DNA of 64,000 bases from Candidatus Falkowbacteria bacterium (GTDB lineage Bacteria > Patescibacteriota > Patescibacteriia > CAIXNZ01). Each line of letters opens with the position of its first letter. Positions within the stretch are counted from its first letter, which is position 1. Where the stretch lies: positions 320,771 through 384,770 of the forward strand of contig CAVZGV010000003.1 in NCBI GenBank assembly GCA_963774955.1, read 5' to 3'. Below the pieces are notes generated by a model. The model did not search any database and was not told the DNA's origin. It worked only from the letters and a program-made list of their open reading frames with translations. Shown one piece after another: positions 1 through 10,239 of the stretch. The position numbers and the translations under genes are program-made.

Positions 1-2
1 CT

Positions 3-3000
3 TTGCCGCTGATTATCAATATAACACCGGCTGAATTTAGAATAATAATCGATAGTAGCGACGGGAACCCTGAGGGCACTGATTATGCAATTTATGAGTA
101 TTATTCAGATAGTTATCTACATGCCGATGGTAAGTTATATAAAGATGAGCCTCAGTGGCGTGTTTATTCAGGCTGGGGAGGCTCATCGGGCATTAAGGTC
201 AATGAAACCTTAGCCGTTTATGATTTTTATCCTTTAGCCAGAAATGTTGATGGAATAATTTCAGGATTTAGGCCTCATGGTTTGTCTTTAAGCTGTAAGG
301 CCATAAGCTCAACTGAAATTGATTGGCAATTAAAAACTCCTTCCAGCTGGGATAAGGATGGATTTGATTTTTACAGAGTTCAACCAGATGAAGCCTCTTT
401 CTTGGCAGATGAAATAGTGAATCAAAGTACTGATGTAACTTATCAGGATAAAGAGTTGACTCCAAACACGGCTTATTCTGCCTTTTTCAAGACTTTTAAG
501 GATAGCGAGGATGTTAAAACCGAATCTGAAGCTTCAAATACTGATAATTGTTATACTTTGGCCAATGAACCGTTACCGCTTAAAATTGTAGTCGTCTCGG
601 ATGCTTCTGTTCAAATTACTTTGGATAGTCGGGACGGTAATCCGCCGGAAACTTTGTATGCCATTTATGATGTTAAAAGCGGTTTATATGTCCAGGTTGA
701 TCATAGCCTTGGTTCCGAGCCTGTTTGGCAGACTTATGCTGAATGGGGCGGGGAAGAAGGATTTTTAGTCAATGTTGTCTCAGGTTCAGAAGTGACAGGC
801 CAATTTCACATAAGTCTGGATGGTGTTGATCTGAGTCAGTATGATTTTGTAGCTAAAGTCAAAAATGGCGACGGTATCGTGACGTCAGAACCGGAGGTAA
901 CAAGTGTCTCCGTCAGTAAAGGCGTGGCCGTCAATGCGGTTTTAAGCGCTAATACTCTGCCCGGTAAAATCGCCCTGGCCGGCAATGGTTTGCCATCTCA
1001 ATCATTAGCTTTACGCTTGATACAAGAATTTTCATTTTTCCTAAATCTGATCTTAATTATATTGATAATTGTCTTGGCCATTAATCTCTATAGTACCTTT
1101 AAGCATTTGAATTTAACCAGGAGATTAATGGAGAAATTTAGGTATTTACTGCTGATTTTCAATAAAGAACCGGCAGTTATATTCAGCCGCTGGGCCACTA
1201 AGGATAAAAACGGGACTTATCAGCTTTCATATTATCGGCAGCGAATTGCGCATTTAAGTTCCCAGAAAGCACTACGTGGAGCTGCCGGTATAGTCATTCT
1301 CAAGGTGGTAATTTTAGTGGCGCTGACTTTCGGTTTGGCCGGCTTGCAGTATCAGAGTATTGCGCAGGTAATTGATTATAATCAGGATCAGTCAGAGGTC
1401 AATGTCGGAGATAAAGTAAGCTATATTATCAGATTTTATAATACCGGTGATGTGGAGGCCAGGAATATTGTTGTTCTCGATAATTTGGATGCAAATTTAT
1501 CTTTTGTAGCTGATAGTTATAGGGCAATAATTAATGGTGTGGAAATTATCCCGAAATTTACCATTGATGGCAGCCTTTTGAAATTTAACCTCGAAAATTT
1601 GGGTGCAAAACAAAACGGTAATATTACCTTTGATGCAGTGGTTAACAGCGTAATCTCAGGCGGCGATACTGTTAATATTTCTAATGTAGCCGTCGTTTCC
1701 GGTGAAAATTTCGGAACGAGAACAACGAACACTGTTAGTAATTCAGTAGCTCCTGAGGTTATGATGATTGAAGAAACTCCGCTGGAATTATTAGATACTG
1801 AAACTGACCAAAAGGATACATTAGCAGAAGTACCTGCTGTTGTCAGTGGCGGCGGTAGCGGTAATTTACCGCCACAGGCTGTGGCTGATAACGCTGAAAC
1901 TTTTACTGACCAGGATGTGGAGATTGCAGTTTTGAATAATGACAGTGATCCGGAGAATCAGCTTGATATTGCTTCTTTGGCCGTTATAATCCCACCGCAA
2001 AATGGCATGGCCAGTATTGATTCTGAGCAAGGTACGATTATTTATCATTCTAATCCTGGTTTTGTCGGTGAAGATAGTTTCAGATATCAAATCTGTGATC
2101 AGGGCAATCAGTGCGCGCAAGCTCCCGTGTCCGTAACTGTTAAGGCCGTGGAAGTTGCCGGTCAAGAAGTCAAAATATCAATTCTTGGTTCTATTTTTAG
2201 AGCAGTAACAGCAGATGTCAGTAAAACAAATATGGGAGAGCAGGCCTTTGCCAGTATAATGGAGAATGAAACGGTGAAAAAAATAATTGAAAGCGCACCT
2301 GTTCAATTTGCTCAGGATAAAGTTTTAAATAATCCCGCGGTAGAACAGGCCAGTCAAAATTTAGTCACCCCAACTTTAGTTACGGTCTCAGTTATTAATA
2401 CGGCGCCGGCGATTGTTTCGGCCGGGATGAATTTCTGGGCATATTTACATTTTATTTTTATAGAGCCATTATTAATTTTATTCAGGAAAAAAAGGAAGAA
2501 TTGGGGCGTGGTTTATGATTCTCTGACTAAAATGCCTATCAGTCTGGCCATGGTCAGGCTTTATCGCAAAGAAGATCGCCGCTTAATTCAGACCAAGGTC
2601 ACTGACCGCGAGGGACGTTATTTAATTATGGTTAAAGACCCCGGCAACTATTATCTGGAAGTAACCAAACCAAATTATGATTTTCCGACCAAGATATTAA
2701 GCACAGAAAAAATGGATACAAAATATATTGATCTATATCATGGGGAAGAAGTTGCGATTAAAGATAAGGAGGCGGCAGTTTCGGTTAATATTCCCCTGGA
2801 TGTGCGTGAGAAAAAAGTCAGGCCGATTCGTGCAGTTATCCGCAGTTTCGCGCTTCAGCATCTTAAAACTGTTATTTCTTATGTTGGGTTAATTTTGGCG
2901 ATATTAGTGTTAATCATTTATCCGTCAGTGATTACAATTTTGGCCTTAGTCTTCCATGTCGTTTTCTATATTATTTTCAGAAAATTATTGATCCCAACTA

Positions 3001-3401
3001 AACCCAAGGGCTGGGGGATTATATATGATGAACAAACTAAGCAGGCTTTGCATAATGTCGTGGTTCGTTTATTTGATCTGAAATTTAATAAATTGCTGGA
3101 GACTCAGCTGACCGATAGTCAGGGGCGTTATGCTTTCCTGGTGGGTCAAAATGTTTTTCAGGTCATGGCGGAAAAAGATGGCTATCAGACCAAGGAAATT
3201 AAACCGGTTGACCTTTCTGCTAATGATCAGATTGTTAATTTGGATATTGCCTTGGCTAAACACTCACAAAGTGGCATAATCACAGCAAACACTGATCAAC
3301 CCGTAAACAGCGATCAATCGATAAAGAATGATCAGCCAATAAATAATAATCAATTAACAAATAATGAACTCCAAAACAATGATCAATCCACTCAAAATTA
3401 A
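3..3401 (+). CDS. Giant multidomain membrane/surface protein, 5'-partial. Two N-terminal ~150-aa Ig-like repeats, a membrane module, a DUF11-like repeat, a cadherin/VCBS-like domain, two carboxypeptidase-regulatory-like domains each flanked by TM helices, and a Q/N-rich tail.
   Basis: 1132-aa ORF running from the window edge. It shows an internal tandem duplication (IDSSDGNPEGTDYAIYEY.. / LDSRDGNPPETLYAIYDV..). It carries 'GRYLIMVKDPGNYYLEV' and 'GRYAFLVGQNVFQVMAEKDGY' CarbopepD_reg-like motifs and several hydrophobic TM stretches. Confidence 0.6.
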   Translation: MPLIINITPAEFRIIIDSSDGNPEGTDYAIYEYYSDSYLHADGKLYKDEPQWRVYSGWGGSSGIKVNETLAVYDFYPLARNVDGIISGFRPHGLSLSCKAISSTEIDWQLKTPSSWDKDGFDFYRVQPDEASFLADEIVNQSTDVTYQDKELTPNTAYSAFFKTFKDSEDVKTESEASNTDNCYTLANEPLPLKIVVVSDASVQITLDSRDGNPPETLYAIYDVKSGLYVQVDHSLGSEPVWQTYAEWGGEEGFLVNVVSGSEVTGQFHISLDGVDLSQYDFVAKVKNGDGIVTSEPEVTSVSVSKGVAVNAVLSANTLPGKIALAGNGLPSQSLALRLIQEFSFFLNLILIILIIVLAINLYSTFKHLNLTRRLMEKFRYLLLIFNKEPAVIFSRWATKDKNGTYQLSYYRQRIAHLSSQKALRGAAGIVILKVVILVALTFGLAGLQYQSIAQVIDYNQDQSEVNVGDKVSYIIRFYNTGDVEARNIVVLDNLDANLSFVADSYRAIINGVEIIPKFTIDGSLLKFNLENLGAKQNGNITFDAVVNSVISGGDTVNISNVAVVSGENFGTRTTNTVSNSVAPEVMMIEETPLELLDTETDQKDTLAEVPAVVSGGGSGNLPPQAVADNAETFTDQDVEIAVLNNDSDPENQLDIASLAVIIPPQNGMASIDSEQGTIIYHSNPGFVGEDSFRYQICDQGNQCAQAPVSVTVKAVEVAGQEVKISILGSIFRAVTADVSKTNMGEQAFASIMENETVKKIIESAPVQFAQDKVLNNPAVEQASQNLVTPTLVTVSVINTAPAIVSAGMNFWAYLHFIFIEPLLILFRKKRKNWGVVYDSLTKMPISLAMVRLYRKEDRRLIQTKVTDREGRYLIMVKDPGNYYLEVTKPNYDFPTKILSTEKMDTKYIDLYHGEEVAIKDKEAAVSVNIPLDVREKKVRPIRAVIRSFALQHLKTVISYVGLILAILVLIIYPSVITILALVFHVVFYIIFRKLLIPTKPKGWGIIYDEQTKQALHNVVVRLFDLKFNKLLETQLTDSQGRYAFLVGQNVFQVMAEKDGYQTKEIKPVDLSANDQIVNLDIALAKHSQSGIITANTDQPVNSDQSIKNDQPINNNQLTNNELQNNDQSTQN

Positions 3402-3918
3402 ATTCTGGTATAAAAGGTCATTGACTTTATTGAACGTGGGTTTAGTTTCATTGCTTACGACACCTCAAGTCTTAGCGCAAACCAGTAATGATGCGGAAAA
3501 TTTGCCTATATTCCGTTTAGCGCGTGAATTTTCTGTTTTTTTGAATATTGTTCTGATTATTTTTGTAATTTTGCTGGCTATAAGTCTGCACGGCGCTTTG
3601 AAATATCTGGGCAATCCCGACACGTTAAAAAATAAAATAAGGATAGTATTTGCGTTTTTAAAGCGAGAACCGGCCGAAATTTTTTCTCAGCTGTCGAATC
3701 AGGATCGAAACGGAACTTATCAGCTGCCGTTTGAGAAATATCGCCAGCTACACCTTATTTCCAGGAAAACATTTTTACGTACGCTTGGACTGATTGTAAT
3801 GCAGGTTATATTAGTACTTTTCTTGATTTACGGTTTGACTTTTCTTTCCCACTATACCAAAGCTCAAGGCGATAATCTGTTGCAAAGTCACAATTTTTTA
3901 CTTCAGTTAGATAAATGA
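3379..3918 (+). CDS. Membrane protein; stand-alone paralog of the membrane module inside the upstream giant protein.
   Basis: Signal-peptide-like N-terminus (..LLTTPQVLAQTS). 'FRLAREFSVFLNIVLIIFVILLAISL...REPAEIFSQLSNQDRNGTYQL' aligns with 'LRLIQEFSFFLNLILIILIIVLAINL...KEPAVIFSRWATKDKNGTYQL' of ORF 3..3401. The ORF starts at 3364; the Met at 3379 is the likelier start. Confidence 0.6.
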   Translation: MINPLKIKFWYKRSLTLLNVGLVSLLTTPQVLAQTSNDAENLPIFRLAREFSVFLNIVLIIFVILLAISLHGALKYLGNPDTLKNKIRIVFAFLKREPAEIFSQLSNQDRNGTYQLPFEKYRQLHLISRKTFLRTLGLIVMQVILVLFLIYGLTFLSHYTKAQGDNLLQSHNFLLQLDK

Positions 3919-4126
3919 TATAAAGGTCTCCCGATATCCCGGGGGATCTTTTAGTTTTAGGCTTGAAATTTTAGGGTAATTTTGATATAGTTTGTGTATT
4001 CGTAAACAGGGTAAAGGTAAGGAGGTTAGTTAGGTAAATAGTGGTTAGTGTTAAGTCCTATCGGTTTTTACTAAATACTATGCACTAAACCAACCTCTTA
4101 ACCTATTCACATTAGACAATCCAAAT

Positions 4127-6841
4127 ATGTCAATTCTAACCAAAATCTTCGGTGACCCGAATAAACGGGTAATCGATAAAATTCAGCCTATCGTTACACA
4201 AATTAATGCTTTGGAAAACGAAATTGAAAAATTGTCTGACGAGAAGCTGAAAAATAAAACTAAAGAATTTAAAGATCTGCTGGCCCAAGGCAAAACTTTG
4301 GACGATATTCTGCCTGAGGCCTTTGCTGTGGTCCGTGAAGCTGCCAAACGGGTTTTGGGTCAGCGTCATTATGATGTTCAATTAATCGGCGGTGTTGTTT
4401 TGCATCGCGGTCAGATTGCGGAAATGAGAACCGGTGAAGGTAAAACCTTGACCTCTACTTTGCCGATTTATTTAAATGCTTTGGAAGGTCAAGGCGTTCA
4501 TGTGGTTACAGTCAATGATTATTTAGCCCGACGCGACTGCGCCTGGATGGGCCAGATTTATAATTTCTTGGGTTTAACCGTCAGTTGTATCCAGAATCAG
4601 CGGGTTACTTATATTTATGATTCTACGGTTAAGGCTGATAAAGCGGATAATGAGCAGGATATTACCAAAATTTTTAAAGTTGATATGGATAATTTACGGC
4701 CGGTTGAAAATCGCAGGCAAGCTTATGATTGCGATATTACTTACGGCACTAATAATGAATTTGGGTTTGATTATCTTCGTGACAATATGGTGACACAGTT
4801 TAAAAGATATGACCCAGCGGGATTTGCATTATGCCATTGTTGATGAAGTTGACAGTATTTTAATTGATGAAGCCAGAACACCGTTGATTATTTCTGCGCC
4901 GGATGCAGAATCCACTGATAAATATTACAAATTTGCCAGCGTGGTCAAAAACTTGAAAGAAAATGAGGATTATAATATTGATGAAAAAATGCACTCTGTC
5001 ACTTTTTCTGAAGAAGGGCAGGAACATCTTGCTCAAATATCTGGGTTTTGATCCCTGGGTGAAAATGGATTATGAAACAACTTTTCATCTGGAAGCGGCG
5101 CTGAAAGCCATGACTTTGTATAAATACGACAAAGAATATGTGGTCAAAGACGGTGAAGTTATTATTGTTGATGAATTTACCGGACGTTTAATGCCGGGCC
5201 GCCGCTATTCTGAAGGTTTGCATCAGGCCCTGGAAGCTAAGGAAGGCTTAACTATTCAAAAAGAAAGTAAGACCCTGGCTACGATTACTTTTCAGAATTT
5301 GTTTCGTATGTATAAAAAACTGGCTGGGATGACTGGTACGGCCTTAACTGAAGCAGAAGAATTTTATAAAATATATAAACTTGAGGTGGTGGAAATCCCG
5401 ACAAATCGTGCTGATGATCCGTCAGGATCTTAATGATCTGATTTATAAAAATGAAAAGGCAAAATTTGAAGCTGTGGTTGAAGAAGTTAAAAGGCGTCAG
5501 GAATTGGGCCAGCCGGTTTTGATCGGTACAATTTCGATTGATAAAAATGAATATTTGGCCAGTCTTATGGAACGAAACGGCATTAAATACAATATGCTTA
5601 ACGCCAAACAGCATGAAAAAGAAGCTGAATATATTGCTCAGGCCGGCAGATCCGGCGCTGTTACTTTGGCGACTAATATGGCCGGTCGCGGTGTAGATAT
5701 TATTTTAGGCGGCAATCCTCCTGATGCGGCTGAGGCTAAAAAAGTTAAGGAATTGGGCGGTCTACATGTTATCGGTACGGAACGCCATGAAGCCCGTCGT
5801 ATTGATAATCAGTTGCGCGGACGCGCCGGACGTCAGGGCGATCCTGGTTCTTCCCAGTTTTTTGTTTCTTTGGAAGATGATCTGATGCGTATTTTTGGTT
5901 CTGATAAGATTAAAAGCGTTATGGAGACTTTCCAGATGCCGGACAATATGCCGATTGAAAACGGATTTATTTCCAAATCACTGGAACAGGCCCAACGCAA
6001 AGTTGAAGGTAATAATTTTGATATCCGCAAACATTTGGTTGAATATGATGACGTGATTAATAAGCACCGGGAAGTGATTTATGCCAAAAGGAAAGAAGTT
6101 TTGGAGATTTCTGAGAATTTAAAAACCGACGTGAAATTGCGGGCGCGTATTTTTGAAATGATAGACGCGGAATTGGAACAGGTGGTGATTTTTCATTGCG
6201 CCGGAGATAATGAAAAAGACTGGAATATCAAGGAAATATATGAAGTTGCGGCGACAATTTTCCCGATTTCCGATAAGGATAGAATCGAAATGCAGGAGAT
6301 GCGTAAGGTTGCCGGCAATGCCACGGAAGATGCTCATGCCAGGACACAGATTATTGATTATTTAATAAATTTGGCCAATCAGTCTTATGATTTGCTAATA
6401 GAAAAAGTAAATAATCCCGATTTGTTTAAGGCTATTGAAAAACAGGTGTTACTCCATTCTATTGATTATTTTTGGATTTTTCATTTGGAGGCCATTAATC
6501 ATCTGCGCACAGGTATTGGTTTGCGCAGTTATGCCCAGGTTGATCCTTTGATGGAATATAAAAGGGAAGCTTTCCGTTTATTCAACGAACTCTTAAATAA
6601 TATTCAGAAGCAGGTGGTTTACAGCATCTTTAAAGTTGGTGTAGTCCAGGAAACCGCGCCTGATCTGATTGAGCAGGGCAAAGAATTCTTTGGCCCCAAA
6701 AAGACCATGGACAAAGGTTCGGTTTTCGGCGCTGAGGCAAATAGGACCCAGCAGGTAGTGCAAAAAAGAGGGGATGTGGGCAGAAATGATCCTTGTCCTT
6801 GCGGTAGCGGAAAAAAGTTTAAGAAGTGTTGTGGGACGTAA
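4127..6841 (+). CDS. secA: Preprotein translocase ATPase SecA, interrupted by three apparent +1 single-base insertions into four ORF pieces.
   Basis: N-terminus [14 protein letters not shown].., DEAD motor motifs ([46 protein letters not shown]) and the C-terminal zinc finger [13 protein letters not shown]. The reading frame jumps near 4800 (extra A in an A-run), near 5045 (extra T in a T-run) and near 5420 (extra G in cgtGctg). Confidence 0.9.
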
Positions 6842-6860
6842 AATTGATAATACCGTAATT

Positions 6861-7184
6861 ATGAAATCCCTTAAATTTAAAGATTTTAAGGCAGAAATGA
6901 TATTAGCTGGAGAGAAAACTTCGTCCATGCGGCTTTTTGATGACAAAAATATCCAAACCGGGGATAATTTGGATTTGATTAATTCAGATACTGGTGAAAT
7001 TTTTGCCCAAGCCCAAGTCGTTCAGGTAATTGAGAAGAAAATAGGAGGCGTTGAGGCCAAGGACTTAATTGGTCATGAAAAATTTGACAGCCAGGAAGCA
7101 ATGCTGCAGGTGTTTAAAAAATATTATGGTGATAAGGTTGGTTTGGAAACGACTGTTAAAATCGTACGATTTAAACTTAGCTAG
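6861..7184 (+). CDS. ASCH-domain protein.
   Basis: GEKTSSMR matches the GxKTxExR ASCH motif. The ORF begins at 6774; the Met at 6861 lies just past the secA stop, and the protein is small and beta-barrel-like. Confidence 0.5.
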   Translation: MKSLKFKDFKAEMILAGEKTSSMRLFDDKNIQTGDNLDLINSDTGEIFAQAQVVQVIEKKIGGVEAKDLIGHEKFDSQEAMLQVFKKYYGDKVGLETTVKIVRFKLS

Positions 7185-7193
7185 ATTGGATTT

Positions 7194-7598
7194 ATGAAAA
7201 TAGCCGAATATGTCCAAAATTATACTTCAGGTGACCGCATTAAATTCAAGCATATCCTGTCAGAATTTAAAGAATTGCTTGAGGACATATTTAAACTGAA
7301 TAAAAAGGGTATATATGAAGAATTTGAAGATGTGTTGCATTTTGTCCAATTGTGGCTTTATTGGCGTTTTGGCCTTAACGGCGAAATTTGGCCCATAACC
7401 ATACATTCGGCCGATAAATTCATGGCGCGCAGAACAGTCTGGCGGAAAATATATTTATTTGTCGGTCTGTCTGAGGACATTTCAAATTTTGTTGGTAATT
7501 ATAACAAACCGGAAAAGGTTATTAAACAATTGGTGAAATTCGGCGTCCCTAAAGAAAAAGCTGAAGAAGCTTATAATAAAATTATTTTAAATCAATAA
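7194..7598 (+). CDS. Hypothetical protein.
   Basis: 134-aa ORF co-directional with its neighbours; no recognisable motif. Confidence 0.4.
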   Translation: MKIAEYVQNYTSGDRIKFKHILSEFKELLEDIFKLNKKGIYEEFEDVLHFVQLWLYWRFGLNGEIWPITIHSADKFMARRTVWRKIYLFVGLSEDISNFVGNYNKPEKVIKQLVKFGVPKEKAEEAYNKIILNQ

Positions 7599-7602
7599 AA
7601 TT

Positions 7603-8076
7603 ATGGATATAAAAATTGAAGCAGCGAAAATTGAAAATCTAAAGGATATCCAGGGTTTAAATTCGAAACTTTTTGCCAAAGAATATAAGGATTATGACCA
7701 GTTATTAAAGTTGGATTGGCCATTTGGCTCGGAAGGAACCCAATATTTTACTGATAGAATTTCTAAGCCAGACGGCTGTGTTTTTGTCGCTAAAGTCGAT
7801 AATAAAACAGTTGGCTATTTAGCAGGTGGTTTAACTCAAAGAGAAACGTATCGCAATCTGCCGATTTGTGCTGAATTAGAAAATACTTTTATTCTCGACG
7901 ATTATCGTTCTAAGGGTATTGGCTCACGACTTTATGCTGAGTTTTTAGGGTGGTGTAAAACTAAAAATGTGCATAAAATTGTAGTTGAGGTCAGCGCTCA
8001 GAATGAGTTGGGTTTAAATTTTTACAGGAAAAATAGTTTTAAGGATTTCTCAATGATTCTAGAAGCGGATTTATGA
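7603..8076 (+). CDS. GNAT family N-acetyltransferase.
   Basis: [13 protein letters not shown]...[19 protein letters not shown] resembles GNAT motif A. Confidence 0.7.
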   Translation: MDIKIEAAKIENLKDIQGLNSKLFAKEYKDYDQLLKLDWPFGSEGTQYFTDRISKPDGCVFVAKVDNKTVGYLAGGLTQRETYRNLPICAELENTFILDDYRSKGIGSRLYAEFLGWCKTKNVHKIVVEVSAQNELGLNFYRKNSFKDFSMILEADL

Positions 8077-8612
8077 TTTATTTTATCACCGGTAATAAAA
8101 ATAAACTCGCTGAAGTCCAGACTGTTTTGCCAGAAGTGGAAAAGTTAGAAATTGATTTGCCGGAAATTCAGGAACTTGATGCCCAAAAAATAATTGAGGC
8201 TAAATTAACTGAAGCCTTAAAGCATAAAGAGGATGAATTTATTGTGGAAGATACTTCTTTGCACTTGGATTGTCTCAATGGTTTGCCCGGACCGCTGATT
8301 AAATGGTTTTTACAGACCATCGGCAATCAGGGCTTGGCGCAACTGGCGGATAAATTAGGTAATGATAAGGCTGAAGCCGTAACCATGATCGGTTATGCTA
8401 AAAGCCAAAACGAGATGCAGTTTTTTGAAGGCAGAGTTAAAGGAAAAATAGTTAACCCCCGCGGTGAAACTAAATTTGGCTGGGATCCGATTTTTATACC
8501 TGACGGCCATGACAAAACTTTTGCGGAAATGGGAATTGAAGAAAAAAATAAAATCAGTATGAGAAGAATGGCTTTGAATAAATTGAAGGAATTTTTAAGA
8601 TCCAAAAATTAA
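8073..8612 (+). CDS. rdgB: Non-canonical purine NTP pyrophosphatase (RdgB/Ham1, ITPase).
   Basis: [33 protein letters not shown] and [10 protein letters not shown] are Ham1-family motifs. Confidence 0.8.
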   Translation: MIYFITGNKNKLAEVQTVLPEVEKLEIDLPEIQELDAQKIIEAKLTEALKHKEDEFIVEDTSLHLDCLNGLPGPLIKWFLQTIGNQGLAQLADKLGNDKAEAVTMIGYAKSQNEMQFFEGRVKGKIVNPRGETKFGWDPIFIPDGHDKTFAEMGIEEKNKISMRRMALNKLKEFLRSKN

Positions 8613-8617
8613 AATTA

Positions 8618-8722
8618 GGCGAAAACGCCCTTTGTCATTCTGAGGAACCGAAGAATCTATGATGTCACAGATCCTTCGCTCCGCTCAGGATGACAGTGAT
8701 CCGACAAAGGGCGTTTTCGCCC
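8618..8722. mobile_element. MITE copy 1 of the GGGCGAAAACGCCC-TTTGTCAT family (~105 bp, terminal inverted repeats).
   Basis: Left end ggcgaaaacgccctttgtcattctgagg, right end gacaaagggcgttttcgcc, with an internal sub-palindrome. About 93% identical to the copy at 51249-51353. It lies 6 bp after the rdgB stop. Confidence 0.8.
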
Positions 8723-8734
8723 TCAAATAATATT

Positions 8735-9364
8735 ATGACCCTACTCCTCACCTCCGCCGGCATGAAGGTTAAGACTGAAATTATGAAAATTCTGCCTAAG
8801 CCGGCCGAGCAAATAAAATTAGCCCATATTATCACTGCTTCTAAATCAGAATCAGATACTTCTTATGTCCACAGAGATTCTGAAGCCATGAAATATGCCG
8901 GATTTCAGGTTGAGGAAATTGATATTGAAGGCCAAACTGAATCTGAACTCAGAGAATTACTGGCTGAAAAAGACATTGTTTATGTCCAAGGCGGTAATAC
9001 TTTTTATTTAATGAAAGCTGTCAGGGAAAGCGGGTTTGATAAGGTTGTTAATGAATTAATCAATCAGGGCAAGATTTATATAGGTGTTAGCGCCGGTACT
9101 ATCATCGCCGGCATTGATATTACTGTGGCCGGTTATGGCGGCGAGATTTGGGATAAGAATGAAGTCGGGTTAACGGATATGACAGGTATGAAGCTGGTTG
9201 ATTTTGCGATTTCACCGCATTTTAAACCTGAAGAATTGGACTTACTTAAAAAAATGCAGTCTGAAGTTGATTATAAGCTTCGAGCCCTAACTGATGACCA
9301 AGCGTTTTTAGTTAAAGATGGCGGAGTTAACTTGGTAGGTAACGGTAAGGAAATAAAAATATGA
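8735..9364 (+). CDS. pepE: Peptidase S51 (dipeptidase E / cyanophycinase-like).
   Basis: QGGNTFYL and GVSAGTIIAG are S51 hallmarks. The ORF's N-terminal extension overlaps the MITE, so the start is taken at MTLLLTSAG. Confidence 0.75.
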   Translation: MTLLLTSAGMKVKTEIMKILPKPAEQIKLAHIITASKSESDTSYVHRDSEAMKYAGFQVEEIDIEGQTESELRELLAEKDIVYVQGGNTFYLMKAVRESGFDKVVNELINQGKIYIGVSAGTIIAGIDITVAGYGGEIWDKNEVGLTDMTGMKLVDFAISPHFKPEELDLLKKMQSEVDYKLRALTDDQAFLVKDGGVNLVGNGKEIKI

Positions 9365-9567
9365 TTCAACCCGGCAAATATCGCCATTACAAAGGCAAAG
9401 AATATGAAGTAATTGGTTTAGCCAAGCACAGCGAGACTTTGGAGGATTTGGTTGTTTACAAGGCGTTATACGGTGAAGGACAAATGTGGGTGAGGCCGGT
9501 AAAGATGTTTGAAGAAAAGGTTATTGTTGATGGGGTAGAGGTGCCGAGGTTTGAATTTATTTCTTGA
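9361..9567 (+). CDS. DUF1653-like small protein.
   Basis: YRHYKGKEYEVIGLAKHSETLEDLVVYKALYG matches the DUF1653 pattern. Confidence 0.55.
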   Translation: MIQPGKYRHYKGKEYEVIGLAKHSETLEDLVVYKALYGEGQMWVRPVKMFEEKVIVDGVEVPRFEFIS

Positions 9568-10215
9568 CGTGGCTTGACGAAGCCTTGCTTCGTAAGTCAT
9601 TAAAATGTTATAAAAATGAAAACTAAAATAAGAAATATCCATCGTCCAATCCACATATTTGAACCTGGTGCCCAGTATTTTATTACGCTTTCCATATATC
9701 AAAAGAAAAAATCATTAAATACGGACGAAAAGAAACATGTAGTTCGGGAAAGTTTAATGAACGCAATCGAAAAATACGGTATTGTTTTAAATGCTTGGGT
9801 TATTCTGGAAAATCATTTTCATGTGTTAATTTCCGCTATAAGTCCCGAAGCTATTCCTCGATTTATAAAATTTATCAGTTCCAGAAGCTCAGTGATGCTA
9901 AACAAAATGAACAATACGCCCGGGGTAAAGAATTTTTATCAATATTGGGATAGGATAATAAGGGATGAGAATGATTTTTATACCAAAATTAATTATATCC
10001 ACTTTAACCCGGTTCATCATAGGTACTGCCAAGAGCCTGCTGAATATGCTTTTTCATCGTATAAAGAATACCTTGATGAATTTGGGGTGGAATGGCTGAA
10101 TGACTGCATAAATAATCATCCTTTGAATACCCATCGGTATTGAATGACACAACAAGGCTGTGTAAAGCCACGTTACGATGAAAATTAGCATCAGCAAGGC
10201 TGTGTTAAACTACGG
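9567..10215. mobile_element. RAYT unit: Y1 transposase gene bracketed by inverted REP-like hairpin repeats.
   Basis: Upstream acgtggcttgacgaagccttgcttcgtaagtcat; the reverse complement of downstream is acgtggctttacacagccttgttgtgtcat. A second downstream copy agcaaggctgtgtt lies at 10193-10215. Confidence 0.5.
9616..10143 (+). CDS. IS200-like Y1 transposase (REP-associated tyrosine transposase, RAYT-like).
   Basis: HxH motif in ENHFHVLIS, a C-terminal Tyr region (YIHFNPVHHRY) and ~175 aa size. Flanked by imperfect inverted repeats at 9567-9600 and 10145-10174. Confidence 0.65.
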   Translation: MKTKIRNIHRPIHIFEPGAQYFITLSIYQKKKSLNTDEKKHVVRESLMNAIEKYGIVLNAWVILENHFHVLISAISPEAIPRFIKFISSRSSVMLNKMNNTPGVKNFYQYWDRIIRDENDFYTKINYIHFNPVHHRYCQEPAEYAFSSYKEYLDEFGVEWLNDCINNHPLNTHRY

Positions 10216-10239
10216 AAAAGGGGTTTTATCGCGTTTTAT

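Noticed and set aside
268-6946. Short antisense ORFs within the giant surface protein gene and secA (e.g. 268..465, 1866..2165, 5285..5614, 6593..6946).
   Set aside because: They are embedded antisense in strongly supported genes, have no RBS, and show odd composition. The ORF-track pieces 4809..5051 and 4963..5433 are secA fragments with spurious N-terminal extensions, not separate genes.
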